Positions 1 through 9,724 of a stretch of DNA of 64,000 bases are shown here, piece by piece. This DNA comes from Candidatus Binataceae bacterium (GTDB taxonomy: Bacteria > Desulfobacterota > Binatia > Binatales > Binataceae): positions 594 through 64,593 of the forward strand of contig CAVWAA010000008.1 in the NCBI GenBank assembly GCA_963752805.1, read 5' to 3'. The notes under the pieces were generated by a model. That model saw only the letters and a program-made list of their open reading frames with translations, had not been told where the DNA came from and searched no databases. How positions within the stretch are numbered: position 1 is the stretch's first letter; every line of letters begins with the position of its first letter. Position numbers and translations under genes: made by a program.

Positions 1-288
1 CAATTTCGGAATCATCGCGGTCGCCCGATCACGCGTATTCTTGGTCGGAAACGGCCACCATGATTGTTGGGCCCGACGCTCATTGCGCCGCTGCTCCAGC
101 GACATTGTTAAAATCCGGCCGACGATTTCGTCACCCGCCTTCATCCCTTCGACTGCTTTATTGCCGGCCACGTTGCGGATGTAATCGAGCATCAGCGGAA
201 AATACTCGACCCAATGACCGTCGGAGTCGATCACGGGATGGCTCAGCCGCGCATGAATTTGCGCTGGGTCATGATGATTGCCCGACAT
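1..288 (-). CDS. amidohydrolase-family metal-dependent hydrolase, N-terminal 96 codons (rest lies outside the window)
   Basis: It is absent from the ORF track because it runs off the window. My reverse-strand translation from the ATG at 286-288 gives MSGNHHDPAQIHARLSHPVIDSDGHWVEYFPLMLDYIRNV... GGAGG (reverse strand of 295-299) lies about 6 nt upstream. The HPVIDSDGH motif resembles amidohydrolase_2 N-termini. Confidence 0.5.
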   Translation of the reverse strand, partial: MSGNHHDPAQIHARLSHPVIDSDGHWVEYFPLMLDYIRNVAGNKAVEGMKAGDEIVGRILTMSLEQRRNERRAQQSWWPFPTKNTRDRATAMIPKL

Positions 289-575
289 AGAAAACCTCCG
301 GCCGGCGTGTCTTGCCTGCGCCCTGGTATCAGCAAGCACTAGCGATGGCGGGTTCGTAATGTCAAGGATTCCCAGACCTGTTGCGTCTTGCAAAACCGGG
401 TGTTGCTGCGAAGAGTCTGCGCCCTGCATCCAACGCTAGGCGGAACACAGCATTCCAGTAAGGCGGGCGAAAAGAAGTAAGCGAGTCTGCGAGGTCCGCT
501 TCCGGAAAGAGTCTGCAACGTGCCTATTTAAAAGCATTTGAGATGCACATTTAGAACTTGTTATAAGCAATACTA

Positions 576-647
576 ATAAAACACGATCGGCGAGCGCCGA
601 TAAAACACGATCGGCAAGCGCCGATAAAAGATGACCGGCAGACGCCG
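576..647. repeat. three head-to-tail 24-bp direct repeats just upstream of the SDR gene
   Basis: Units are ATAAAACACGATCGGCGAGCGCCG (576-599), ATAAAACACGATCGGCAAGCGCCG (600-623) and ATAAAAGATGACCGGCAGACGCCG (624-647). Each unit holds a CGGCG-NN-CGCCG mini-palindrome. The array ends 15 nt before the ATG at 663. Confidence 0.9.
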
Positions 648-662
648 GCCGGAGTATTGGTC

Positions 663-1418
663 ATGGGCAGACTCGACGGCAAAGTGGCGTTTATCACCGG
701 CAGCGGCTCGGGAATCGGCCGTGCCGGCGCGATTCTGTTTGCGCACGAAGGCGCCAAGGTAATTGTCGCCGACATCTCGCGCGAAGGCGGTGAAGGCACG
801 ATGGTCCGCGTGCGCGATATGGGTGGCGACGCCAACTACATTCATACCGATGTCACTGATCCGGAGAGCGTCGAACGCGCGATTGCGTCAACCATTGCGA
901 CCTACGGCAAACTTAACGTGCTCTACAACGATGCGGGCGGCTCGACCGCCGAAGACGGCCCGGTTACCAAGGTCTCGGTCGAGGAGTTCTGGCGCGTCAT
1001 TCGGGTCAACCTGTACGGGACGTTTCTGTGCTGCAAATACGCGATTCCGGAAATGATCAAGGCCGGCGGGGGCGCGATCATCAACACCACGTCATACGTC
1101 GCGCTTGCGGGTATCAGAGGCCGGGACGCCTATACCGCGGCGAAGGGTGGCGTGCTCGCGATGACGCGTTCGATGGCCGTCAACTATGCCAAAGACAGAA
1201 TTCGCGTTAACGCGATCGCTCCCGGTGCGATCCTGACCGAACGCGTCAAGAAATTCATCGCGGACGATCGCCGGATCGCAGCAATGAATGAGCATCATAT
1301 GCTCGGTATGGGCGAACCCGAGGATATCGCTCACATGGCCCTGTTTCTTGCCTCAGACGAGGCCCGGATCATAACCGGTGCTATTTTCCCGGTAGACAGC
1401 GGATGGTCGGCATCGTAG
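663..1418 (+). CDS. SDR-family (short-chain dehydrogenase/reductase) oxidoreductase
   Basis: It has the TGSGSGIGRA cofactor motif, NDAG, and the catalytic YTAAKGG (YxxxK). The ATG at 663 follows GGAG; the track ORF starts slightly earlier at a TTG. Confidence 0.9.
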   Translation: MGRLDGKVAFITGSGSGIGRAGAILFAHEGAKVIVADISREGGEGTMVRVRDMGGDANYIHTDVTDPESVERAIASTIATYGKLNVLYNDAGGSTAEDGPVTKVSVEEFWRVIRVNLYGTFLCCKYAIPEMIKAGGGAIINTTSYVALAGIRGRDAYTAAKGGVLAMTRSMAVNYAKDRIRVNAIAPGAILTERVKKFIADDRRIAAMNEHHMLGMGEPEDIAHMALFLASDEARIITGAIFPVDSGWSAS

Positions 1419-1477
1419 CGGAAAGGCAAGCTGCGGCTGTCGGGTCCGGGATAAAAAAATTAAGGAGGATGCAACCC

Positions 1478-1903
1478 ATGGCATCTGAACTGGAAGAAAA
1501 GGAGGCGATACGTGACCTGATGTCAGCTTATTGCTTCCATGTTGATAACGGTGAGTTCGACAAATTCGCTGGCCTCTTCACCGAAGATGCCATCTTCGAA
1601 GCCGGACCGTTTGGCAAGCTCCAGGGCCGCCGAGCGATTTATGAGTTCATCAATGCGCAGGTCCCCCGTCCTGGCGAAGGTCCGGCACGGAAACATTGCA
1701 CGCTCAATCACGTGATCCGCGTCGGCGGACGCGAAGCGCGCGCGGATAGTTACATCGTAGTACTGCGCGAGTCGTCCGCCGGCATCATGGCGTCACTGGC
1801 GGGCCGCTATGAAGATCTGCTGGTCAAGGAAGCAGGGGAATGGCGCTTCAAAGTGCGCAAGATCCATTTCGACATATCGGGCGATTTGGGCTTGAAGCAA
1901 TAA
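1478..1903 (+). CDS. SnoaL-like / NTF2-family protein
   Basis: AAGGAGG at 1462-1468 lies 9 nt before the ATG at 1478. The sequence MASELEEKEAIRDLMSAYCFHVDNGEFDKFAGLFTEDAIFE... matches the SnoaL_4 pattern. Confidence 0.7.
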   Translation: MASELEEKEAIRDLMSAYCFHVDNGEFDKFAGLFTEDAIFEAGPFGKLQGRRAIYEFINAQVPRPGEGPARKHCTLNHVIRVGGREARADSYIVVLRESSAGIMASLAGRYEDLLVKEAGEWRFKVRKIHFDISGDLGLKQ

Positions 1904-2208
1904 ACTCTACTTCGGCCCGCGCAGAGTCGCGCCTGTTTGGGCGTGGAAACAGGGTCTTGATCCTAGAGCCAGAGCCCGCCTCTGGCAAGCAGGGTAACAG
2001 ACTCTCATACGTCAATACCGTCCTCGATTTCGCGATCAGCGAGCACGCTGCGGTTTGCGCTTGTACTGTGGCCGTCGAGCACCAGCTAGCCGTTCGTTTT
2101 TTCTTGATTTCCGTGTAAATGCATTTAGTATCTTTGCGGATTTAAGTGGTGCCCAAATAACTGGCAACAGGCTGCGGTGGATTCCTCCGAAGCCGAAGGG
2201 GAGACGTT

Positions 2209-2889
2209 GTGGGAAAAAGACTTGCTCAAACTTTAATGTGGGTAGCCGCCCTGTCGTTCATCACGGGCTGCGCCTCGATGACGGACCGGGAGAAGTGCAT
2301 TTTATTATCCGCTGGGGGCGGGGGATTGGTCGGCGGCGGCATCGGTTCCGGAATAGTGCTGTCTAGCGCAGTGAACCATCAGACCGCAGGAAAAATTGCG
2401 ACAGGCGTAGGCGCGGGTGTGGGCGGCGGTGCCTTGCTGGGCGCGATAGCCGGCTACTTCTTGTGCCCATCGCCACCACCGCCGCCACCACCACCGCCGC
2501 CACCACCACCGCCTCCACCGCCGCCTCCACCACCACCGCCACCGCCGCAGAAGATCATTCTGCGCGGAGTCCATTTCGACTTCGATAAAGCCGTGATTCG
2601 GCCGGTGGATAGACCAGTACTCGACGAAGCTTCGGAAACACTCAAGGCCAATCCCAACGTGAAGGTGTACGTCAATGGCTACTGCGACGCTATCGGCAGA
2701 CGCGCCTACAACCTGAAATTGTCGCAACGGCGCGCCGAAGCGGTTACTGCCTACCTGGAGGACAAGGGCATTCCGGCCAGCCAACTGATTCCTCAGGGGT
2801 TTGGCAAGACCCACTTTGTGGCAACCAACCGCACCTCGGTTGGACGCGCAGAAAACCGCCGAGTGGAACTGGTGCCGGCTGAACAATAG
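2209..2889 (+). CDS. OmpA-family peptidoglycan-associated lipoprotein with glycine-zipper region and P25 linker
   Basis: It uses a GTG start after GAAGGGGAG. The signal peptide has a lipobox (...LSFITGC). A Gly-rich zipper (GGGGLVGGGIGSG...GVGAGVGGG) is followed by 25 consecutive Pro codons at 2473-2547. The OmpA_C-like domain reads ILRGVHFDFDKAVIRP...NLKLSQRRAEAV...NRRVEL. Confidence 0.9.
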   Translation: MGKRLAQTLMWVAALSFITGCASMTDREKCILLSAGGGGLVGGGIGSGIVLSSAVNHQTAGKIATGVGAGVGGGALLGAIAGYFLCPSPPPPPPPPPPPPPPPPPPPPPPPPPQKIILRGVHFDFDKAVIRPVDRPVLDEASETLKANPNVKVYVNGYCDAIGRRAYNLKLSQRRAEAVTAYLEDKGIPASQLIPQGFGKTHFVATNRTSVGRAENRRVELVPAEQ

Positions 2890-2910
2890 CCAGCTAAAAA
2901 GGGCCATGCA

Positions 2911-2945
2911 CGCCAGCCCGTAGTTGGAACAACTACGGGCTGGCG
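2911..2945 (+). terminator. perfect 16-bp stem / 3-nt loop hairpin downstream of the OmpA-family gene (no U-tract)
   Basis: The sequence is CGCCAGCCCGTAGTTG-GAA-CAACTACGGGCTGGCG. It starts 22 nt after the stop codon. It lacks a T-run, so intrinsic-terminator function is uncertain. Confidence 0.5.
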
Positions 2946-3347
2946 GCATGCCCCGTCATGACCCTTCAATCTCGGGCTAACTGAGCTGACAGCCTTTCGT
3001 TCACCTCCCGCGTAGGTGAGCGACGAGGCTGTCTTCGCCGTGTGGCCCGGTGGCCCGTTGCGGTAGCCGTGCAGAGGTCAATTTTTCGCGCCTGCTATCT
3101 GCGCAAAGGATGCTTGGCGTTGAGTTGTCTGTTCAATTCAATGCCGAGACCGACGTTTATCGCGCGCTCGGGATCCCGGAGAGGCTATGGACGCTGAATT
3201 CGTGCGATTCCGCGACGAGGACGCCCGTTTCACTAACTAACTACGTGTACTCTGGTGCGTCTGGCTGATGGTGCCAGCACTGGTGCTCAATACATAAATC
3301 AGAGGCAACCGCTCACCTATCCATTCAGGCGCATGAAGAACAAAACG

Positions 3348-4455
3348 TCAGCGGTGATGCGCAACTGAGATAGAGCGTTCGCCTCCGGAAGGGATCGAAT
3401 CGGTGTCTCGATTTTCGGGTGGCGCAGGCGTCCACAGTGCGTTGCGGAAGGCGATCCAGGCGGTGGTGTCGAAGGCGAGCAGGATCATGATCACCAACCC
3501 CTGGATGACTTGCACCAATACTGGTGAAACGCCCTGCGTACGCTGCATTGCCTGCGCACCGTTATCGAGCGCGCCGAACAGAATTGACGAGGGCACGATC
3601 GCCAGCGGGTTCAGACGCGCAATCAACGCAACCGCGATTGCCTCATAGCCCCATCCCGGCGAGAGCGTCTCGTACAGGCGATGAGTAATCGCGGCCAGGT
3701 GGGTGGCGCCGCCGAGTCCGGCAAGTCCACCGCTCAGCGCCATTACCCATACAGTCAGCCAGCCCGTGTCGATGCCGAAAAAGGCGGCAGCGTGCCGATT
3801 ACGCCCCATTGCGCGCAGTTCGAACCCCTTTTCGGTGTGGTACAAGAATGCTTGGCAGGCAAATGCAAGCGCGACTGCCAACAGCATCCCGAGGTTAAGA
3901 CGGCTTGGCGGATAATAGAACCGCAACTCCGCTACCGGCGCGATTGGTGCGCTCATCGGGTACGCACGCGATGCCTCAATCAGCGGCCCGTGGACCAGCC
4001 AGCTCAGGATTTGCGCTGCGACAAAATTTAACATGATCGTGGAGATGACTTCGTTGACGTCGCGGCGCGCGCGCAGCCATCCGGCGATTCCACCCCATAA
4101 GGCACCGCCGCTTGCCCCTGCTATCAGCAGCGCCGCAATTGCAAACGCGTGTGGCCAGCCGTGCAGCCGCGGTCCGAGCGCGCCTGCGCTCATGGCCCCT
4201 GCGAGCAATTGGCCATTCGCACCGATGTTCCAGAGTGCGCCCTCGAACGCAACCGCATATCGCGAGCCCGCAAAAGAGCAGCGGAATTGATTTGGTCAGG
4301 GTATCGGTGAACACCACCCAGTTGCCGAACGCCCCGTCATACAGCGCCTTGAACACGCTGATGGGCGAGGTCCCCAGCGTCAGCAGGATGACCGAGATTA
4401 AGGCGGCTGCAACAGCGAGCGCCACGAATGGCCTGGCGAGCGCCGCCAGTTTCAT
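3348..4455 (-). pseudogene. ABC transporter permease (BMP/nucleoside-sugar type); reading frame broken once
   Basis: The N-terminus is in ORF 3976..4455 (MKLAALARPF...SIPLLFCGLA). The rest is in ORF 3348..4208, whose frame reads ...AVAFEGALWNIGANGQLLAGAMSAG upstream of its listed start. The frames swap at about 4257-4261. Its ATGA overlaps the upstream ATPase stop. Confidence 0.75.
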
Positions 4456-5924
4456 CGCGAGGCGCCCGACATCAACAAACCAATTTCGACCAAATCATGC
4501 CGGCCGGCTTGGACTTCCGTCAGACGGCCACGGTTGATCACGTATAGCCTGTGGCATAGCGCGAGGAGTTCTTCCAGATCGCTCGAAATTAAAAGCACGG
4601 CGCCTCCCCGCGCGGCGAAATCGCGCAATCTGGCTCGAAGCTCCGCGGCTGCATTCAAATCGAGACCACGGCAAATATCATGAGCGACAATCGCCGAGGG
4701 GGCGGCTGCAAGTGCTCGCGCGACCACGAAGCGCTGCCGGTTACCGCCCGAAAGCGAGCCCGCTAGAGCGTGGGGCCCCCTTCCGCGAATGCTGAAACGT
4801 TGGATTAGCTCCTGGCAAAGCTGAGCGGCGCGAGAGTGCCTAATCCATCCGTACCGCACGCACACTTGTCTGCGCAGGTTACGCGAGAGCAGCAAATTCT
4901 CCCATAACGGGAGGTCCAGAATCAGACCATGAACATCACGATTTTGTGGGATGACCGCCAGCACATCACCCGCATCACGGTCGAGATTTGACAGCCGCAC
5001 GGAACCCGAGGTGGGCGCTCGTACGCCTGCCATCACTTCGACCAATTCATCCTGCCCGTTGCCGTCGACTCCCGCGACTCCGACGATAGAGCCTGCTCTG
5101 AGCGTGAGCGAGATTTCATCCAGTGTCAGCCGGTCTCTCGACTTCAGCGTGACCCGATGCAGCTCAACGACGGGTGCACCGGGGTTTAGGCAGGAAGTCG
5201 TTGCAGAACGCGGCAGGGCGTCCCCCATCATGAGTTGGGCGAGTTCAGCCTCACTGGTGAGAGCCGCGTCCCTCTCAGCAGCAACGCGTCCGCGACGTAG
5301 CACGGTTATTCGATCCGCAACCGCCAGTGCTTCGGCGAGCTTGTGAGTCACCAGGATGACGATTCGCCCCTGGCTGCGTAATCGGCGGAGTAACTGGAGA
5401 AAGGGTTCGAGTTCGGCCGGTGAGAGTATGCTGGTCGGCTCGTCGAGAATTAGCGCGCGCGGCCGAAAGCTGAGCGCGCGCAGGATTTCCAGCCTGACGC
5501 GCTCGGCGACCGACCGGCGCTCGACGACTGCGCCAGGCGGCGGCAGCGTGAACCCTAATTCGCCCGCCAGCACTGCCGCGTCCGCTGAAACCGCGTCGAT
5601 ATTGAAGTGCTGCGGACTAAAGCCGCCGAGCGCCAGGTTCTCCTCCCACCCCATCCGCTCGAAGAGCATCGGCGATTGGTAGACGGCCGCAATTCCGTGG
5701 GCCAGAGCAGCCGCGGCCGAGCCTGCCCCTAGTACAGCCCCATTAAGCGTCACGCGTCCATAATCGGGGCGCAGGCGGCCGGCAAAGATGTTGATGAGGG
5801 TACTCTTGCCGGCTCCATTTTCGCCCACCAGGGCGTGGATTTCGCCCTCTCGTGCACCAAAATCAACACCGTCAAGGGCCACTGTTCGCCCGAAGCGTTT
5901 GGTGATGGCGTTGGCAGCGAGCAC
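4452..5924 (-). CDS. ABC transporter ATP-binding protein, duplicated ATPase (CUT2/BMP-type importer)
   Basis: It is 490 aa with a GTG start. Walker A is GENGAGKST, with LSGGNRQR in the second half. There are two nucleotide-binding domains in one chain. Confidence 0.9.
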   Translation of the reverse strand: MLAANAITKRFGRTVALDGVDFGAREGEIHALVGENGAGKSTLINIFAGRLRPDYGRVTLNGAVLGAGSAAAALAHGIAAVYQSPMLFERMGWEENLALGGFSPQHFNIDAVSADAAVLAGELGFTLPPPGAVVERRSVAERVRLEILRALSFRPRALILDEPTSILSPAELEPFLQLLRRLRSQGRIVILVTHKLAEALAVADRITVLRRGRVAAERDAALTSEAELAQLMMGDALPRSATTSCLNPGAPVVELHRVTLKSRDRLTLDEISLTLRAGSIVGVAGVDGNGQDELVEVMAGVRAPTSGSVRLSNLDRDAGDVLAVIPQNRDVHGLILDLPLWENLLLSRNLRRQVCVRYGWIRHSRAAQLCQELIQRFSIRGRGPHALAGSLSGGNRQRFVVARALAAAPSAIVAHDICRGLDLNAAAELRARLRDFAARGGAVLLISSDLEELLALCHRLYVINRGRLTEVQAGRHDLVEIGLLMSGASR

Positions 5925-5965
5925 TTTGTCACCGCTCCGGCATGTATCGACGCTTAGGGCATTGC

Positions 5966-7318
5966 TCAGGGCTTCAGCCCACTGAGCTCGGCCGGGCGAA
6001 AGTGCTCAAGTACGTACTGCAGCGCCTCGTCTCGAGTTTTCAAGGTGCCGTCGAGATAGTGGTCCTCGACTTCATGCAGGATATGTTTGAAGCCCGGACC
6101 CGCCGGGAACCCGATTGCGATCAGATCATCACCGGTAATCAATCGCGGCGGACGAATTTCCGCCGCACTCATTGTGGCCATCGCACGGCGGCAGAAATGG
6201 TAGAAGCCCAGCGCTGAGCCTGACGCGAGCGTGTCCAGGAGTGACAAATCGAGTAGCTCTTCAAACCCCTCCTCCGCCAACATGCGTTTGAGCGTCGCCC
6301 GCCGCATGCGCGGCGCCATCATCATCCTGAGGTGATTATGCACAAGATAGGCAACGCGGACCTGCACCGTGCGCGGACGTCGCAGCCGCTGAAGGATATA
6401 AGTCGCGACACGGCCGCCGAGATCGGTATGGCCATAATATGTCATTTTACCGTCGGCTTCGATTACCAGTGTTTGCGGTTTGGCGATATCGTGAAACAGC
6501 GCGCCGAAGGCCAGTGTCTCGGCACATCCGCGCGGCAACATCGAAAGCATCAGGCGCGTATGGCGATATACGTCCCCCTCCGGGTGAAAATTAGCCGGCT
6601 GCGGACATCCGCGCAGAGCCAGCACCTCGGGGATTATGACGGCTGCGAGGCCACTATCGACTAGCAGATCCAATCCCCGCGCGGCGCCCCCTTGAGTCAT
6701 GATCATCGTGACTTCTTCGCCGACTCGCTCCGCCGCGATCTGGCCGATTTTCGAGGCGCTGCGCTGAATTCCGGACCAGGTCGCAGGATCGATAGTAAAG
6801 TTCAGGCGGGCAGCGAAGCGGAGAGCACGCAGCATTCGTAGATGGTCTTCGGCGAAGCGCAGTTCGGCGTCGCCGATCGCGCGAATCACGCCCGCGCGCA
6901 GGTCGCGCATTCCGCCCACGAGATCGATAATCTGTCCGGTGGCCGGATCCAGATACATCCCGCCGATCGTGAAATCCCGCCGCTTCACGTCTTCTTCGAG
7001 AGTGCCGAAACGAACCGCGGACGGACGCCTGCCATCTGCATAACCCGCTTCTGCTCGAAATGTGGCGACTTCGAATTGCTCCCCCTCCAGCACCACCAGC
7101 ATTACGCCGAACTTGGCGCCGATTGAGATCGTGTTATCGAACAGGCGTGCAACGCTTTCGGGACGTGCGTCGGTGGCTATATCGTAATCTTTGGCCTTCA
7201 ATCCCAAAATCCGGTCACGAACGCATCCACCGGCCAGATAGGCCGCAAAACCGGCAGTGCGAAGCCGGCCAACAATAGAAAGTGCGATTTTCTCCTTATC
7301 CTGTTTCACTTCTTCCAT
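5966..7318 (-). CDS. cca: CCA tRNA nucleotidyltransferase with HD domain
   Basis: It has GGCVRDRILG...DYDIAT, the polymerase-beta nucleotidyltransferase head. An HD region follows (FHDIAKP...GH). Confidence 0.85.
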   Translation of the reverse strand: MEEVKQDKEKIALSIVGRLRTAGFAAYLAGGCVRDRILGLKAKDYDIATDARPESVARLFDNTISIGAKFGVMLVVLEGEQFEVATFRAEAGYADGRRPSAVRFGTLEEDVKRRDFTIGGMYLDPATGQIIDLVGGMRDLRAGVIRAIGDAELRFAEDHLRMLRALRFAARLNFTIDPATWSGIQRSASKIGQIAAERVGEEVTMIMTQGGAARGLDLLVDSGLAAVIIPEVLALRGCPQPANFHPEGDVYRHTRLMLSMLPRGCAETLAFGALFHDIAKPQTLVIEADGKMTYYGHTDLGGRVATYILQRLRRPRTVQVRVAYLVHNHLRMMMAPRMRRATLKRMLAEEGFEELLDLSLLDTLASGSALGFYHFCRRAMATMSAAEIRPPRLITGDDLIAIGFPAGPGFKHILHEVEDHYLDGTLKTRDEALQYVLEHFRPAELSGLKP

Positions 7319-7525
7319 ACTTTAACGGGTTGCGACGATGCGCCGCCACATCCAACCAGCGGCCCGCATTGAGACTTCGACGCACGGCCGCGGTCGCAGA
7401 CAGTGCAGCGGCGAGGGCGGGTTGGCGAAAGTTCGCTGTCTCTGCATCATCTTGAATGGAAGATTGACGCCACGATTAAGAAGTGTTAACGGTTCCCGCT
7501 CAGAATCTCACGACGGGGAGGTAAA

Positions 7526-8002
7526 ATGGCGCTTACACATCGTGGTTTCTGGAATCTGGCGTCCGTTTTGTTGCTGGGCGGAGCGCTCGTTGGGTTCGCT
7601 GGGGGAAAAGCATACGCGCAGGTCGAGATGGGGCCGAGCGGCATCGTAACGACCCCGAAACTTGATTTTCGGCGGTACTGCGCCCAATGCCACGGGATGG
7701 ACGGTACTGGCGATGGTCCGGTCGCTGCGGCGTTGAAGAAGAAGCCGGCCAATCTAACCTTGCTGTCAAAGAACAACGGCGGGGTCTTTCCCGAGAAGGA
7801 GGTTCGCGATTTTATCGACGGAACCAAGACCTCCGCGGCGCACGGCAGCCGCGCGATGCCAATCTGGGGTGACGCCTTCCGTATGCGCACCGCCTCCACC
7901 GGCGCCGGCCAGTGCCTTGGCAGCATTGGCCTTACTCAGGCGCAGGTGAACGCAAAGATAAACGGATTAGTCGGTTACGTTAAGTCAATCCAAGTTCAGT
8001 AG
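7526..8002 (+). CDS. exported c-type cytochrome
   Basis: GGGGAGG lies upstream of the ATG. It has a signal-like N-terminus and a single haem motif, CAQCHG. Confidence 0.8.
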   Translation: MALTHRGFWNLASVLLLGGALVGFAGGKAYAQVEMGPSGIVTTPKLDFRRYCAQCHGMDGTGDGPVAAALKKKPANLTLLSKNNGGVFPEKEVRDFIDGTKTSAAHGSRAMPIWGDAFRMRTASTGAGQCLGSIGLTQAQVNAKINGLVGYVKSIQVQ

Positions 8003-8120
8003 CTTCAGCGAACCGCGAAACAGCTTTTGAATCAGCGCGGCGTTGTCGATGGACCTCGCCGCGCGTGTCTATTTGTCCTCCGAATGGCTCATGGCTCAGT
8101 TCCCGCTGCCCAGCCGGTGA

Positions 8121-8498
8121 ATGGTTCGATTTTCTCATTTGCAGCAAAAAGTTTTTTGGGTCACGTTGATAGCCTTGGCAGCGTCATTCACCGCGGTTGG
8201 TGCCGAGGACAATGTCGACCGCGGGGCCAGGATTTTCACCACGAGTTGCGCCAGATGTCACGGGCGGGGAGGCAAGGGCGATGGACCTGATCTGGTGAAG
8301 CTTCAGTCAGCAGTATCGCCCGACGACTGGACTGACAAGGAAAGCAATCAAGGGCTGACCGACAGCTTCATTGTTGCGATGATTACCAAGGGCGGCAAGG
8401 CCAACGGCAAGTCACGCATCATGCCCGCTTTTGGTGACAAACTAAATACGGAGCAAGTGCGAGACCTGTTGGCATTTATCAGGTCACTGCCAAAATAG
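8121..8498 (+). CDS. exported class-I c-type cytochrome
   Basis: It has a signal peptide (...LAASFTAVGA), the haem motif CARCHG and a distal MPAF methionine. Confidence 0.8.
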   Translation: MVRFSHLQQKVFWVTLIALAASFTAVGAEDNVDRGARIFTTSCARCHGRGGKGDGPDLVKLQSAVSPDDWTDKESNQGLTDSFIVAMITKGGKANGKSRIMPAFGDKLNTEQVRDLLAFIRSLPK

Positions 8499-8591
8499 AA
8501 AGCGGACGCGACGCGTTCCACCACGTTCTGCAGCGGGATCGCGCCGGTTCCGAGACCCCGTCCGCGTGCCCGGCCGTCTCGCTTGGGTATT

Positions 8592-9722
8592 TCATCGTTG
8601 TCCTCTCTTGAAGCGGCGGCGCCGGTTGTGCGCATCGAGTTGCGCCGCGGCCTTAGTCAATCCCGGCTCACTGACATACGTTCGGCGGTAAACTCGCAGG
8701 AGCGCGGCGAACACCGCGACCACCGCCGGGCCGGCAAAAATGCCGATGGGGCCGTACGCTTCGATTCCGCCTGCCAGTCCGAAGAACAGCGCCAACGTCG
8801 GCAAGCTCGTACCATGTCGCATTGCGATTGGCTTGACGAAATTGTCTATGATTATGAGTGTTACGGCGGCCCACGTGACCATCGCCAGCGCACTGCCCCA
8901 TCCGCTTTCGAGTGCCAGGTATATGCTTACCGGTATCCAGATGAGCGCGGTGCCACCAATCGGCAACAGTCCTGCTGCGGCAGTTGCGAACGCAAGCAGC
9001 GCCCAGTACGGCACTCCGAGAATCAGATAAGCAACCCCCAGTGCAATTCCATCGAGCAGCGCAGTCAGCATCAGTCCGCGCATTACCGATGACAAGGTGA
9101 GTCGCAGCGTCTCGAAAATTGCTGCCTTGTCTTCTTCGTGTAGCGGGGTCAATTCCCGCAAGCTCTCATAATAGGTTTCGCCGTCGCGCAGGAGGTAAAA
9201 AAAGGTGAGCAGTGAGATCGCGAAGTGAAAGAGGAAACTGGCGATATTACTGGCTACCGTGCCGCCGTGGACCACGACATAATCGCTGGTCGCCTTGGCC
9301 GCGCGAAGCGCTACCGTCCGCATTTCGTCCTCAAGCCTGATGCCGTGATGCTCCAGCAGTTGGGCGCCGCGTGAGCCGAGATGCGTTCGTCGAACCCAGT
9401 CGCTCGCTCCGTGAAACCCGCTGTTCGGGCCTACCGTCGAAATCTCGGCATAGAGAGTCTGCACCTCGTGCAAGAGCCGCGCTGATAGCCATATGGCCGG
9501 CAAGATCACGCCAAGCGTGATCACAACCGTAAGAATGATCGCGCAAACCGTACGATTTCTGATCATGCCATTCAGCGTCGTTAAGACTGGATGGACCAGA
9601 AAGGCCAGCAGGATCGCCCAGGCGATCGGTGTCAGAAATGGCGCGAGAAGTACGTATAATTCGAAGGTAATCAGAGCCAGGAAGGCGAAAAAGAAAACAA
9701 CAATGATGCGTTCACGGTTCAT
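8592..9722 (-). CDS. AI-2E family (PerM/UPF0118) transporter
   Basis: It is a 376-aa polytopic membrane protein. The pattern ...IWIPVSIYLAL...IIIDNFVKPIAM...FFGLAGGIEAYGPIGIFAGP is typical of the family. Confidence 0.8.
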   Translation of the reverse strand: MNRERIIVVFFFAFLALITFELYVLLAPFLTPIAWAILLAFLVHPVLTTLNGMIRNRTVCAIILTVVITLGVILPAIWLSARLLHEVQTLYAEISTVGPNSGFHGASDWVRRTHLGSRGAQLLEHHGIRLEDEMRTVALRAAKATSDYVVVHGGTVASNIASFLFHFAISLLTFFYLLRDGETYYESLRELTPLHEEDKAAIFETLRLTLSSVMRGLMLTALLDGIALGVAYLILGVPYWALLAFATAAAGLLPIGGTALIWIPVSIYLALESGWGSALAMVTWAAVTLIIIDNFVKPIAMRHGTSLPTLALFFGLAGGIEAYGPIGIFAGPAVVAVFAALLRVYRRTYVSEPGLTKAAAQLDAHNRRRRFKRGQR

Positions 9723-9724
9723 TT

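Noticed and set aside
2305-2949. A 214-aa antisense ORF rich in W/R (and a poly-Gly ORF at 2454-2675) opposite the OmpA-family gene
   Set aside because: Both are mirror images of the CCN proline tract and of GC-rich coding sequence. The sense strand has a full signal peptide, lipobox and OmpA_C architecture.
3050-3268. A 72-aa GTG-initiated ORF between the OmpA-family gene and the ABC permease
   Set aside because: It has no family and poor start context. The region is better explained as a terminator/intergenic region with two hairpins (2911-2945 and about 2985-3035).
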